DNA of 64,000 nucleotides from Coleofasciculus sp. B1-GNL1-01. GTDB taxonomy: Bacteria; Cyanobacteriota; Cyanobacteriia; Cyanobacteriales; Coleofasciculaceae. Shown here in pieces: positions 43,548-53,448 of the stretch. The stretch lies in the NCBI GenBank assembly GCA_040220235.1, contig JAVJTO010000088.1; one strand, written 5' to 3'. Each line of letters begins with the position of its first letter. The first letter of the stretch is position 1. Made by a program: the position numbers and the translations under genes. Below the pieces are notes generated by a model. The model did not search any database. It was not told where the DNA came from and saw only the letters and a list, made by a program, of their open reading frames with translations.

Positions 43548-43711
43548 TAAGTAGATGGACACAATTAACGTGAACGGTTGAGATTAGGGAACACCTCGGC
43601 TTACCTCGACTTCGCTCGGTAACACGCTCGGTGTGTCACAGGGAACAGTAAGGGTTTAAGGTTGATGTACAAAACTTAATACAGTACCGTTTTCTTTTGT
43701 CTGACTACTTA
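43548..43711. mobile_element. MITE family C (TAAGTAG...CTACTTA)
   Basis: Inverted relative at 53225-53354; 37-bp minimal form at 8532-8568. Confidence 0.75.
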
Positions 43712-43763
43712 TCTCAGATTTTGCACCTGATCCAGCCGAGTAGAAACGGGTGAAATTACTAAG

Positions 43764-45091
43764 TCATAATGACTTAGTAACAGGTAGCTTAATTACAAAC
43801 TCTGTTCCTTGAGGATGATGGGAATGACATTGAAGCTGCCCCCCGTGTTTGTCTACAACAATCTGATAGCTAATTGATAATCCTAAACCGGTGCCTTGAC
43901 CGACGGGTTTTGTCGTAAAGAACGGATCAAATATTCGGGATTGAACCTCTGCGTTGATGCCAGCACCGTTGTCAGCAATACGAATAATTATCCAGTTGGG
44001 TTCAACGAATTCCGTGTGAATCCGAATCATCGGAGAAGGTTGAGGATGTGTTTTCGATGTGTCTTGAAAATCCCGCGTTTTTGTTGAAGGTAGTCCTGAT
44101 AAATAGGCAGTATCATGAGCGTCGTCAAGGGCATCAAGGGCATTGCTCAGAATATTCATAAACACTTGATTTAGTTGACCGGGATAACATTTGACTAACG
44201 GCAGTTGACCATAGTCTTTAATCAGTTGAATCGGAGGACGATTTCCCTTTTGGGTCAGTCGATGTTTTAAAATTAGTAGTGTGCTATCAATGCCTTGATG
44301 GAGATTCACCTGCTTACATTTGGCTTCATCAAGTCGGGAAAAGTGGCGTTTGCTCTCGGTGATGTCGGAAAATGAGGTGACAACGGCGTAGGGTTGGCTG
44401 TCTCCGGGATTAAACAGAGGTTGAGAATTCATGCTAATCCAGGTGATTTCATGTCTTTGTTCCTGGCAACCTTGCTGCTTCTGTCGTAATTTCAGCCCTC
44501 CGCTTTTTGCTTTGTTTCCAGCAACAGGTGAGTCGTTCACTGGACAAGGTAGGAGTGATGCTTCAGGTGGGGAAATCCCCATAATTACTCTGACTTGGGG
44601 TTTTCCTGTGCGTAAGGTTACCATCGCGGGATGCTCTTGGCTGGGGAAGGGAGAACCATCTTCCTGAATGATTTGTCCCCCCCAGTTCATCCCGATTTGT
44701 CCGAGTATCTGTTGAGCAGAGCGTCCTAAAATGTTTTCAGCACTGAGATTACAAGCAATAATCTGACCGTCGGCTTGCTGGAGTATAATTCCCTCAGACA
44801 TGGCGGTGACGACGGAACGGTATCGTTGTTCGCTGACTCGTAGTTCTTTCTCTATCCGTTGCCGCTCGATGAGTTCCGCCTGTACTCTAGAATAGAGTTC
44901 CGATTGTTGGAGTGCGATCGCGACTTGGGTGGCTAATTGCTGTAATAGCTCAATTTCGTAGGATTGCCAGTGCCGTTGACTACGACAGTGATGGACGATT
45001 AATAAACCCCAGAGTTTTTCTCCTAAAATAATTGGCACGACTAAGTTGGCGATGACTTGGAAGGGTTTAAGTAACTGGAGATGACAAGGCT
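43764..45091 (-). pseudogene. 3' part of disrupted sensor kinase (half GAF, PAS, HATPase; HisKA missing)
   Basis: PCHLQLL..NLVVPII..LWGLLIVHHC; QLNQVFMNILSNA, DNGAG, FDPFFTTK, GTGLGL; no H-box. Confidence 0.85.
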
Positions 45092-46552
45092 TTGACTTCT
45101 CCCCTGGTTAAAAACGCAGGGGATTCTAAGAGGATACTGCGGGACGGGCTAAAGCCGCGTCCCTCCGTTTCATCTTCTTAGAGTTCCAGAGGAAAACTCT
45201 GGATGGCGCAGTCAAAAACGCCCTACTGACCCTGGCTAGATTGAGACCTAGCTGTATCTCTACTTTGCGGAGGATATTAGCAGCACCGTTAGCATCGGCG
45301 TTGACGAATTCTCCTTTAAGCGTGCGGTACATTCCTCGTTTTACTCGCTTCCCACTAGCCTTCCACCCTTCCGGCTTGGAGCCGAATACAGGTAGAGTAT
45401 CGTTGTCGAGAAAACTAGCTTTAGAGGTATAACTTTCTTCAGTTTCTACGAACTGAATTCCATAGTGTTTGCACAGTTGCTCAATCCTATTTTTGAGACG
45501 GGCGGTAGGAATTTGAACAAACTCTTGATTCGTCTTTTTCCCCAGCTCAATCCCATCTTTATTGTGTCGATTCCAACCGAAAACGACTCTTCCAATTCGA
45601 TGTTGGAGGCAATGGTTGATAACGACACGAGCGGCTTTGTTAACCGCATCTCTTACTTGCCTATTGCGCCTTTCTGTGAGAAAGGCTAATTCTTCATTCC
45701 AAAATCCTTGAGCTTTCCCCAACTTAATGGTTGCCACCCGTTTGTTGTAGAGCTGATTAAGACTCTTTAATTTACGTCCATCAACAATAAAGCTGGTTCC
45801 TACATTAGAAACACAGGTCATCCAGTTGTTGAGTCCGGGGTCGATTCCTATTACCCGTGAGGAGTCTACATCTGCTGTTACAGAAGGCAGGAGGTAGACA
45901 AACTCAGCATAGAAGCAGCCGTTGCGGGGAAGGATTCTCAGCTCTTTGATGTCTTTGAAGGCAAGATTAGATGGCTTATGAATGAAGAAATCCGCTATCT
46001 TGAACCATGTCTTGACTAGCGTTCCTAGCGGTATTCTGATTTGACCATCTTTAATCTTCAAAGCTTGTTTAGGATAACTCACAACAGAAAGACCGCCCTT
46101 CTTTAAATACTTAGGTAGTCTAGGATTGTCCGCTATCTTTCCTTTTCTGAACGCCTTCATCAACCCATCAAACGACTTGAAAGATTCACTAACCGTTCTT
46201 AGCGCTTGTTGAGCTGCCTGAGAATAGAGAGCTTGGAAATGTTTGTTGTTTTTGTACTCCTTTTCTAAGTCATATTTGCCGATAATCCGCCGACACTTAA
46301 ACCAGACTTGACGAGCATAATAAATACCGCAGTTCATTAAGTTATTCGCTTCGGTGCAAATAAACTCTAGAACGGCGGTTAGATCTTGATCTGGATTTAA
46401 TAGTAATTGCTGACAACCGTACAAGAAAATCACCTCCTTGTTTAGGGTTATATTATATCACTTGAAGAAATTATTGCGGGATAAATCCCGCTGTCTTTAC
46501 GACTTGCTCGGTTTCATCCCCCGACGCTCAGTACGGGGGAGCCTGCACCATC
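45092..46552 (-). mobile_element. tnpB-only IS200/IS605 (IS1341-like) element
   Basis: Right-end hairpin TCCCCTG..CAGGGGA + GTCAA ending at 45092; left hairpin TCCCCCG..CGGGGGA near 46517-46540; no tnpA; left boundary approximate. Confidence 0.8.
45126..46424 (-). CDS. tnpB: TnpB RNA-guided nuclease
   Basis: GIDPG, VVFGWN, YTSKASFLD, NADANGAANI; TTG start after AGGAGG. Confidence 0.9.
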   Translation of the reverse strand: MYGCQQLLLNPDQDLTAVLEFICTEANNLMNCGIYYARQVWFKCRRIIGKYDLEKEYKNNKHFQALYSQAAQQALRTVSESFKSFDGLMKAFRKGKIADNPRLPKYLKKGGLSVVSYPKQALKIKDGQIRIPLGTLVKTWFKIADFFIHKPSNLAFKDIKELRILPRNGCFYAEFVYLLPSVTADVDSSRVIGIDPGLNNWMTCVSNVGTSFIVDGRKLKSLNQLYNKRVATIKLGKAQGFWNEELAFLTERRNRQVRDAVNKAARVVINHCLQHRIGRVVFGWNRHNKDGIELGKKTNQEFVQIPTARLKNRIEQLCKHYGIQFVETEESYTSKASFLDNDTLPVFGSKPEGWKASGKRVKRGMYRTLKGEFVNADANGAANILRKVEIQLGLNLARVSRAFLTAPSRVFLWNSKKMKRRDAALARPAVSS

Positions 46553-47372
46553 GCTTATACTGTAAGGCAATTGCCCCGAATAACCGTTCCCGTTGTTGCG
46601 CTGCGACGCGATCGCTGATATCTAGTAGAGTACCGAATAGTTTATGTACCTGACCCTGGGCATTGAAAATTGGTTCTCCTTGGGCGAAAAGATGGCGGAT
46701 AAACCCATCAGGGCGCAGGATACGAAATTCTAGTTGGCAGGATTTCCCCCGAACAAGCTGGTGAACTGTTTTTTTCCAAGCCTTTCTATCATTGCCATGA
46801 ATCGTTTGCCAATGTTCTCTTATGGTGGGTGTGGGTTGTCCTGGAGAGAGTCCATAAATGCGGAAGGTTTCATCGGACCAAGTAATGTTTTGGGTGGCTA
46901 AATCAAATTCCCAGCTTCCCACATGGGCAACTTTTTGAGCTTGGGCAAGGTGGGTTTTTTCCTGCCAGAGTTCCGCTTGGGCTTTTTGACGTTCCTTGAT
47001 TTCGGCTTCGAGTTGGGCGGTGCTGGGGATTGTCAGGGCTTGGGGAAGTAGTCGGACGAGTTCTGCTGCGGTTACTACGGAAATCAGGGCAGTCGAGGCT
47101 TTTATCCAACCGGATAACCAGTAATTCGGATGCCAAAGCGTCCAGATTTCCATAATATGGGTCGTACCACAGGCAATGATGAACCCACTAAATAACCAGA
47201 AAATCCAGTTAAATGGGACATCATTTCTCTTGGTGACAAAATAAGTTAGCGTTAGGGGAATGGAGTAATATGCCAATGCGGTGAGAAAATCAGAGATTAG
47301 GTGTAACCAAACTAATCCCGGCTTCCAGAGGTAGCAATGTCCGTGGGGAATGAAAAATTCTGCCAATACCAT
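46553..47372 (-). pseudogene. 5' part of ethylene-binding-domain sensor kinase (ETR1-type EBD + PAS)
   Basis: SDFLTALAYYSIP..FSGFIIACGTTH; PAS VGSWEFDL..WSDETFRIYG; frame runs into the IS. Confidence 0.85.
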
Positions 47373-47566
47373 GGTGGTTATAAAAAATTCTTAAGAAAGA
47401 GTATTAAAATGGTAGATTCAATGATTATGCTGTTATTTATACTCTACTCTTTCTTTATCCGGCAAACGGGACAAATGATTACTGTTCCCTGTAACACACC
47501 GAGCGAAGTCGAGGTGTTCCCTGTTCCCTTTCCTCACCCCTATACTTATTCAGTCAGCCCTACTTC

Positions 47567-48397
47567 TTAAACGGCAAATGATAAGGGAAAAAATAACCGC
47601 AGATAAGCTGACAAAATAGCTTCTCCCAAAAAAACTGTCAATCCAGCACCTAATGCCAAAAATGGTCCAAAGGGCATCGGTTGTCGCCGATTTAGCCAAC
47701 CCATTGCCATGGCACCTCCCCCAGCGAATGCGCCGATTGCACAGGCTAAAAACCCAGCTAATAGTAAATACTTCCATCCCAACCAAGCCCCCATCATTGC
47801 GGCTAATTTGGCATCTCCTCCGCCCATGGCGGTTTGCCCAAAGAGGATAGAACCGACTAGGGTGATGATGTCAAATAACCAAATTCCCAACACTGCACCG
47901 CTTATTCCGGTCATGAGTTGAGCTGATATATCGGAAAGTTGAGTGGTTTGGAAAAAAGCGAATGCGCCTTGAAAGAGTATACCTGCAACTAATCCGGATT
48001 GGGTGAGGGAGTTGGGGAGTGTCATGGTATCGAGGTCAATTAAGGATAGGGCTAATAACCAGCTTAAAAATGCCCAATAGCCAAAGGTTTCTAGGCTTAA
48101 GCTATAGTGTAAAAATACGAATAAAAATAATAGTCCGGTGATGGCTTCGACTAGGGGATAACGCCAAGAGATGCGACTACGACAATGGCGACAGCGCCCT
48201 TTTAACCACAACCAACCGAGGATGGGAATGTTCTCTCGTTTGCCGAGTTTGTGTAAGCAATGCGGACAACGGGAGGGGGGAAAAAGGATGGATAAGTTGG
48301 CGGGTAGGCGATAAACGACGACGTTGAGAAAGCTACCGATTGATGCGCCGAGGGCAAATACGATTAAAGAGGTGATGATGATAATTAAAGTATCCAT
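47567..48397 (-). CDS. pilD: Prepilin peptidase (A24)
   Basis: GSFLNVVVYRLP, two CxxC pairs, IDLD, MGGGDAKL, PFGPFL. Confidence 0.93.
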   Translation of the reverse strand: MDTLIIIITSLIVFALGASIGSFLNVVVYRLPANLSILFPPSRCPHCLHKLGKRENIPILGWLWLKGRCRHCRSRISWRYPLVEAITGLLFLFVFLHYSLSLETFGYWAFLSWLLALSLIDLDTMTLPNSLTQSGLVAGILFQGAFAFFQTTQLSDISAQLMTGISGAVLGIWLFDIITLVGSILFGQTAMGGGDAKLAAMMGAWLGWKYLLLAGFLACAIGAFAGGGAMAMGWLNRRQPMPFGPFLALGAGLTVFLGEAILSAYLRLFFPLSFAV

Positions 48398-48575
48398 GGT
48401 GAATTATGTTGTAGGTTGGGTGGAGGAACGACACCCAATGAGTTTGATGTTAGGTATTGTTTACTAGCCTTAAGTTGGTATGATTTAACTTATAATATTT
48501 TTTGGCTAGACTTTGAGGGAGTGAGGCAAAGGATTAGGGCGCTAAAGCGCAACTACAAGCGCAACTACAAACAAA

Positions 48576-50126
48576 CTATTCTACTCTCCATAACCAGGAT
48601 TTGGAGTTGGGTTCTTCGGTTAGTTGATGATTGGTTTGAATTCCTTGTTTCAAGGGTTCTGTGGGTCGATAGACAAAGATGGGAGAAAATGTATTTGGAA
48701 TTTGGGGAATTCCAGGGGGTAGAACCATCTGGAGATGAACGTCTGGATTTAGGGAATGACTGAGAGAAAACATAATTCCCGGAATTTTATCACTAACCAC
48801 TAGGGGATTTTTGGCTTGATTGACAATTTCAGCTACTTGGGGATTATATCGACTTTTACTATGACTTTTGTGCCACCACACCGGAAATTGGGCGCTGACG
48901 ATACAGGAGACAATAGCACAGAACAAGAGTGCGATCGCGCCGTATTGCCAGCGCTTCAGATGCTTTGTCTTGCCGTTGATTGCCGTATTTTTGGCGGTGA
49001 TTAAATAAGCGACTGCTATCTGAATTCCTAAATAACTGGGAACGGCGTATCGGGTAATACTAGAACGACGCCCCCCTAAAATGACATCGGGTCCAATCAG
49101 CGCAATTCCGGTAACACCAATTAAGGTGATAATAAATACCCAAGCGTTGAGGGAGGCTTTGCGGTAAAGGTAGTATAGCGCATAGCCGGCTAATAACGCA
49201 CTCAGATAATGCAGTGGACTAAATGGGCTGGTTCCTTGATTCACATCAAAGAAGATTCGACTCAGATTTAATCCCCAAAATAAGGGTAAAAATTCTTCTC
49301 GATTCAAGTTAACCGAGGCGGTATTGTCCACGAATTTGGAAAAATGGGTGATGACAATCCCTAGCCAGGGTAAAAATAGGAGTACCCCGACTAGGGAGGA
49401 TAATAAATATTTCGTTAGTTTGCGACTCCAGCGAAATCCTTCGGTGACTAAAACATAAATACCATGTCCAATAGACACGAAGGCGGAAAAGGGATGAGTA
49501 TAAAGTCCCAGCGCCACAGTTACTCCGTAAATTCCCCAACTCGGTAAAGTTTTTAATCGCATGGCTCGCAATAATGCGGCACTTGATAATAAAATAGTCA
49601 CTGTCCACAAACTATATTCTCGTGCTTCTTGGGCGTATAAGATATGGAACGGGGAAATCGCTAGAATAGCAACACCAACCCAACTTACTGTCGATAATCC
49701 GAAGAGTTCCCAACATAACCAGTACATACAAGGAAATGCCAGAAAACTGATTAACACGGATAGGAAGCGAATGGTGACAACTGAATGACCAAAGCGTTGC
49801 AACCAGAACCGTGCCATTAGATAATAGAGGGGCGAATGTTCGGGATTTCCGGCTAAGGCGTTAATCGTGTCATTGAGATCTTTTTCTGGCGTGGGATACT
49901 GATACCGCTCTAAGAACGTTGCAACTGGAATCACTTCACCGTCGAACGCCTGCTGGATAACTTCGGTTTGGGTATATCCAGAGATTCGCATCGAGGTCAT
50001 TGTCTCATCGTACCAGTAAACCTTGCGATCGAGGTTATAGACGCGGAAAACTATCCCCAGTACGATTACGGCAATCAGTAAATTTCGCCACCCGGTTGGA
50101 CTTAACGGTAATTTTTTTAACATCAT
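48576..50126 (-). CDS. Glycosyltransferase family 39 (GT-C/PMT-like) membrane protein
   Basis: YWYDE, EHSPLYY, YAQEAREYSL; multiple TM segments. Confidence 0.85.
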   Translation of the reverse strand: MMLKKLPLSPTGWRNLLIAVIVLGIVFRVYNLDRKVYWYDETMTSMRISGYTQTEVIQQAFDGEVIPVATFLERYQYPTPEKDLNDTINALAGNPEHSPLYYLMARFWLQRFGHSVVTIRFLSVLISFLAFPCMYWLCWELFGLSTVSWVGVAILAISPFHILYAQEAREYSLWTVTILLSSAALLRAMRLKTLPSWGIYGVTVALGLYTHPFSAFVSIGHGIYVLVTEGFRWSRKLTKYLLSSLVGVLLFLPWLGIVITHFSKFVDNTASVNLNREEFLPLFWGLNLSRIFFDVNQGTSPFSPLHYLSALLAGYALYYLYRKASLNAWVFIITLIGVTGIALIGPDVILGGRRSSITRYAVPSYLGIQIAVAYLITAKNTAINGKTKHLKRWQYGAIALLFCAIVSCIVSAQFPVWWHKSHSKSRYNPQVAEIVNQAKNPLVVSDKIPGIMFSLSHSLNPDVHLQMVLPPGIPQIPNTFSPIFVYRPTEPLKQGIQTNHQLTEEPNSKSWLWRVE

Positions 50127-50362
50127 TCATTAATCTCACCCACGCGCCTTATTATAAGATTAATCAGGCGTGCAGTTTTCATCCCAGTCTGAAATTATTT
50201 CCTCATACCCTAACCTTAATTGGCATAATTCATTTATTCAAAGAAAAATTTTATCAGATATTTGATAACACTGATTTCGCTGAGTAAGGAGCATAGGTAG
50301 TGGTGGGGACTTGGCAGGTTATTCCCACTGATTTCACAGAGGTGTTAGCTCTCAATGGGGCT

Positions 50363-51100
50363 AAGGATGAAAAGATGATTGTCCCCGGATAAAAAATGAT
50401 TAGCTTGTGGGAGGACTATTTTCTCGTCTGTGTCAATCTGTGTGCTTCACTATTTGCTGTTCTATCTGTGCTATTCCATCTGTGCAATCTGTGTTTTTGT
50501 CAAGTCTTGGTCATGATTTTTATCGTAAGTTTAAAAAAATACATGCGTTCAAGGGAACATTAGCCGTGAGGCAAAAACTAGAAATTATACAAAGTTTTAC
50601 GAGAATTCAAGGGTTTTAACGTTGTCTAGATGATTGAAACTTACAAAAAACCCACCATAAATACTATACCTGAAAACTCCACATTTTTCTCACAATCGCC
50701 GTAACCCTTGAAAATTCGTAGATTATTCGGGAAAAGGGGTCAAAAACGAGCAATTATAACGTTTTGTTGAAACAAGACTCTAATTGGAAAATTTAAACTT
50801 TTTGGGGAGGAAGGAATAGTTTAAGTTATCAAAACTTGACAAGTTGAGCTAAAACGATATTGAGTCAAGCTACAGATATAGCACTACGCATTAGGGTTAG
50901 GACAAATGAAGAAAAATCCAAATTGCTCAATCCCTTGATGAGTAAGCTTTTTTCTTCACTATTGCCTATGACACACCGAGCGAAGCCGAGGTGTTGCCTA
51001 TTGCCTATTGCCTAGCGCGTAGCGCTATATGTCAGTAGCGAAGGAGAAAGAGTAACGGGGTATGTTGTGAATCGTGGTTGTTGGCAACAGAGCGATCGCC
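50363..51100. repeat. ~570-bp dispersed non-coding element, copy B (interrupted by MITE)
   Basis: Colinear with 14142-14710 after removing 50877-51029. Confidence 0.85.
50877..51029. mobile_element. MITE family A inserted at TA
   Basis: TATAGCACTACGC...GCGTAGCGCTATA; the equivalent position in copy A has a single TA. Confidence 0.85.
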
Positions 51101-51196
51101 TGTAGTCATATCATTTGAGGGGAATGGAATTGCGGTGGTCATTTTGATATGATGAATTGTCTGTTCCCCTGTTACCTATTCCCTATTCCCTGAAAA

Positions 51197-51577
51197 ATGG
51201 AAATTGAACGCTTTAAACTCTCCAAATCAGCTAAAGACCAACTAACCAAACTCAAACGCTACACTAAAATTGATCAGTGGAATATTCTTTGCCGTTGGGC
51301 GTTTTGTCGTTCCCTGGCGGAACCGACTCAACCTTCACCTGTCCCGATTCCGGCTGACTCGAATGTGGAAATGACATGGCGGGTGTTTGGTGGCGATTTG
51401 GCTGATATTTTGTTAATGGCGCTGAAACAACGCTGTCATAATGATGGTTTAGGGTGTGATAAGGATACTCTTACCAATCAATTTCGCCTTCATCTACATC
51501 GGGGGATTGGGTATTTAGCGGGTGATCCCACGATTAGGAAAATTGAAGATTTTATCGAAATTGCCAATAAGCAATAA
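51197..51577 (+). CDS. dndE: DNA sulfur modification protein DndE
   Basis: LSKSAKDQLTKLKRYTKIDQWNILCRWAFCRSL..SNVEMTWRVFGG..FRLHLHRGIGYL. Confidence 0.92.
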   Translation: MEIERFKLSKSAKDQLTKLKRYTKIDQWNILCRWAFCRSLAEPTQPSPVPIPADSNVEMTWRVFGGDLADILLMALKQRCHNDGLGCDKDTLTNQFRLHLHRGIGYLAGDPTIRKIEDFIEIANKQ

Positions 51578-51700
51578 ATGTTCTTGGTTATTCACCTCTC
51601 TACACCCTTCCATCATGCATGTCTGGTTATTTTCGATGACATTATGTGTGATGTGTTCTGTGTTTGTTAACTCTGTAGGGGCGAGTTAGGGGTTACGGTT

Positions 51701-52599
51701 AATAGGGGTCTACAGGTCGGCACATTTTCCCATGATGAAATAGTACCTAAAATGCGCGATCGCGTCAAGTCCTAATCTTTATTTCTTTCGAGGCGATTAT
51801 CCCTTTATTTGCCATGTTCACCTGCATATCTGAAGAGGTTCATCTGTGAACAAAGGAGATGGAGACAGGGGATGTTGGTGGATTACGGTGGATAGCGAAT
51901 ATAAAGGATTAGTTAGGTCAATTGATTCCTACCTAACCCACCCCACAGGTTCCGGTGAATAGGGGTCTATAGGTCGGCACATTTTCCCATGATGAAATAG
52001 TACCTAAACTTGGCGATCGCGTCAACCCCTAATCTTTTTTCTTTCAGGACAATTATCCCTTTGATGTGCCATGTTCACCTGCATATCTGAAGGATTCATC
52101 TGTGAACAAAGGAGATGAAGCCAGGATTTTGGTGAGTTACTGTGGATAGCGAATATAAAGGATTGGTTTGGTCAATTGATTACCACCTAACCCACCCCAC
52201 AGGTTTCGGTGAATGGGGGTCTACAGGTCGGCACATTTTCCCATGATGAAATAGTACCTAACATTCGCGATCGCGTCAACCCCTAATTCTTATTTCTTTT
52301 GGGGCGATTATCCCTTTGATGTGCCATGTTCACCTGCATATCTGAAGAGGTTCATCTGTGAACAAAGGGGATGAAGACAGGGGATTTTGGTGGATTACTG
52401 TGGATAGCGAATATAAAGGATTAGTTGGGTCAATTGATTACCATCTAGCCCACCCCACAGGTTCTGGTGAATGGGGGTCTATAGGTCGGCACATTTTCCC
52501 ATGATGAAATAGTACCTAAAATGCGCGATCGCGTCAACCCCTAATCCTTATTTCTTTCGAGGCGATTATCCCTTTAATGTGCCATGTTCACCTGAACAT
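51701..52599. repeat. Tandem array of ~256-bp units (3 full + 1 partial)
   Basis: Units start at 51701, 51958, 52212 and 52470 (periods 257/254/258). Confidence 0.95.
51740..52537 (-). promoter_or_regulatory. Four sigma70-like promoters TTGACG-17-TACTAT, one per repeat unit
   Basis: -35/-10 at 51768-63/51745-40, 52025-20/52002-51997, 52279-74/52256-51 and 52537-32/52514-09. Confidence 0.7.
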
Positions 52600-53224
52600 A
52601 GGTATGATTGAGGATTTTTCCTATTCCCCTATCAAATTACGACTTGTCTTCCTCTTGAATTAACTTTTAATAAAGAATAAATTATTAGTTAACGGTTGAG
52701 ATGAGAGAACCGGAAATCGGGAACCGGAAAGAGTAATAAATTGACTTTCGTTAACATTTATTTATACAACAGACATAATTTATGTCCGGGTACTTAAAGT
52801 TACCATAAACTTGTAGGCAATCGCCATTGTGGTTGTTTAGAATATCGGTTGACTAGATTATCGGCGAGTAGAGAATTCTCCGCTCTACTAGCATGATCAC
52901 TAGATCCGGATTCTAGCGAAGAAAGACGTTGCCGTGTCTTGATTCCAGGCTGGCTGATTGAGTTACGGTGAAATGATTTATTCTTTTAGCCAAGAAATAA
53001 GACGGCAAAGGGAACCGCATCTTCTCAACAGGTGTAAGACAGATCTACCTCAAAAATCCGGACAGGTATAACAGGTTTGGGTAAGTAATAGCGTATCACT
53101 GTCAATGGCACGATAGGTCTATTCCTGTTTTCTGACTTTAGCTTAACCCTCAAAAAACCTGTCAAAAAAGAATTATTAACTTAGGGAAATCTACAACGGT
53201 GATCACAGCTTACCGTTCAATTTA

Positions 53225-53354
53225 TAAGTAGTCAGATAAAAGAAAACGGCACGGTATTAAGTTTTGCAAATAAGCCTCAAACCCTTACATAAACGAATGA
53301 CGAAGGACAAAGGACGGTCCCCACCGCCAGACTGTAATTGTGTCCACCTACTTA
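53225..53354. mobile_element. MITE family C
   Basis: TAAGTAG...CTACTTA; inverted relative of 43548-43711. Confidence 0.7.
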
Positions 53355-53448
53355 GCGCTAAAACCCAAGCCTAGTGGTTAATCGCAAGCCGCAACTGGAA
53401 TATCCTCTACTTGTTCAGGACGTCGCTCACCCCCCTATAGAGAAACCT

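Noticed and set aside
39069..51577. Functional link between rhodanese/DUF442 genes and dndE
   Set aside because: More than 10 kb apart with unrelated genes between; PT sulfur normally comes from DndA/IscS
51701..52599. CRISPR array or protein-coding repeat
   Set aside because: Whole ~256-bp units are homologous with no unique spacers, no cas genes are nearby, and no long ORF spans the units
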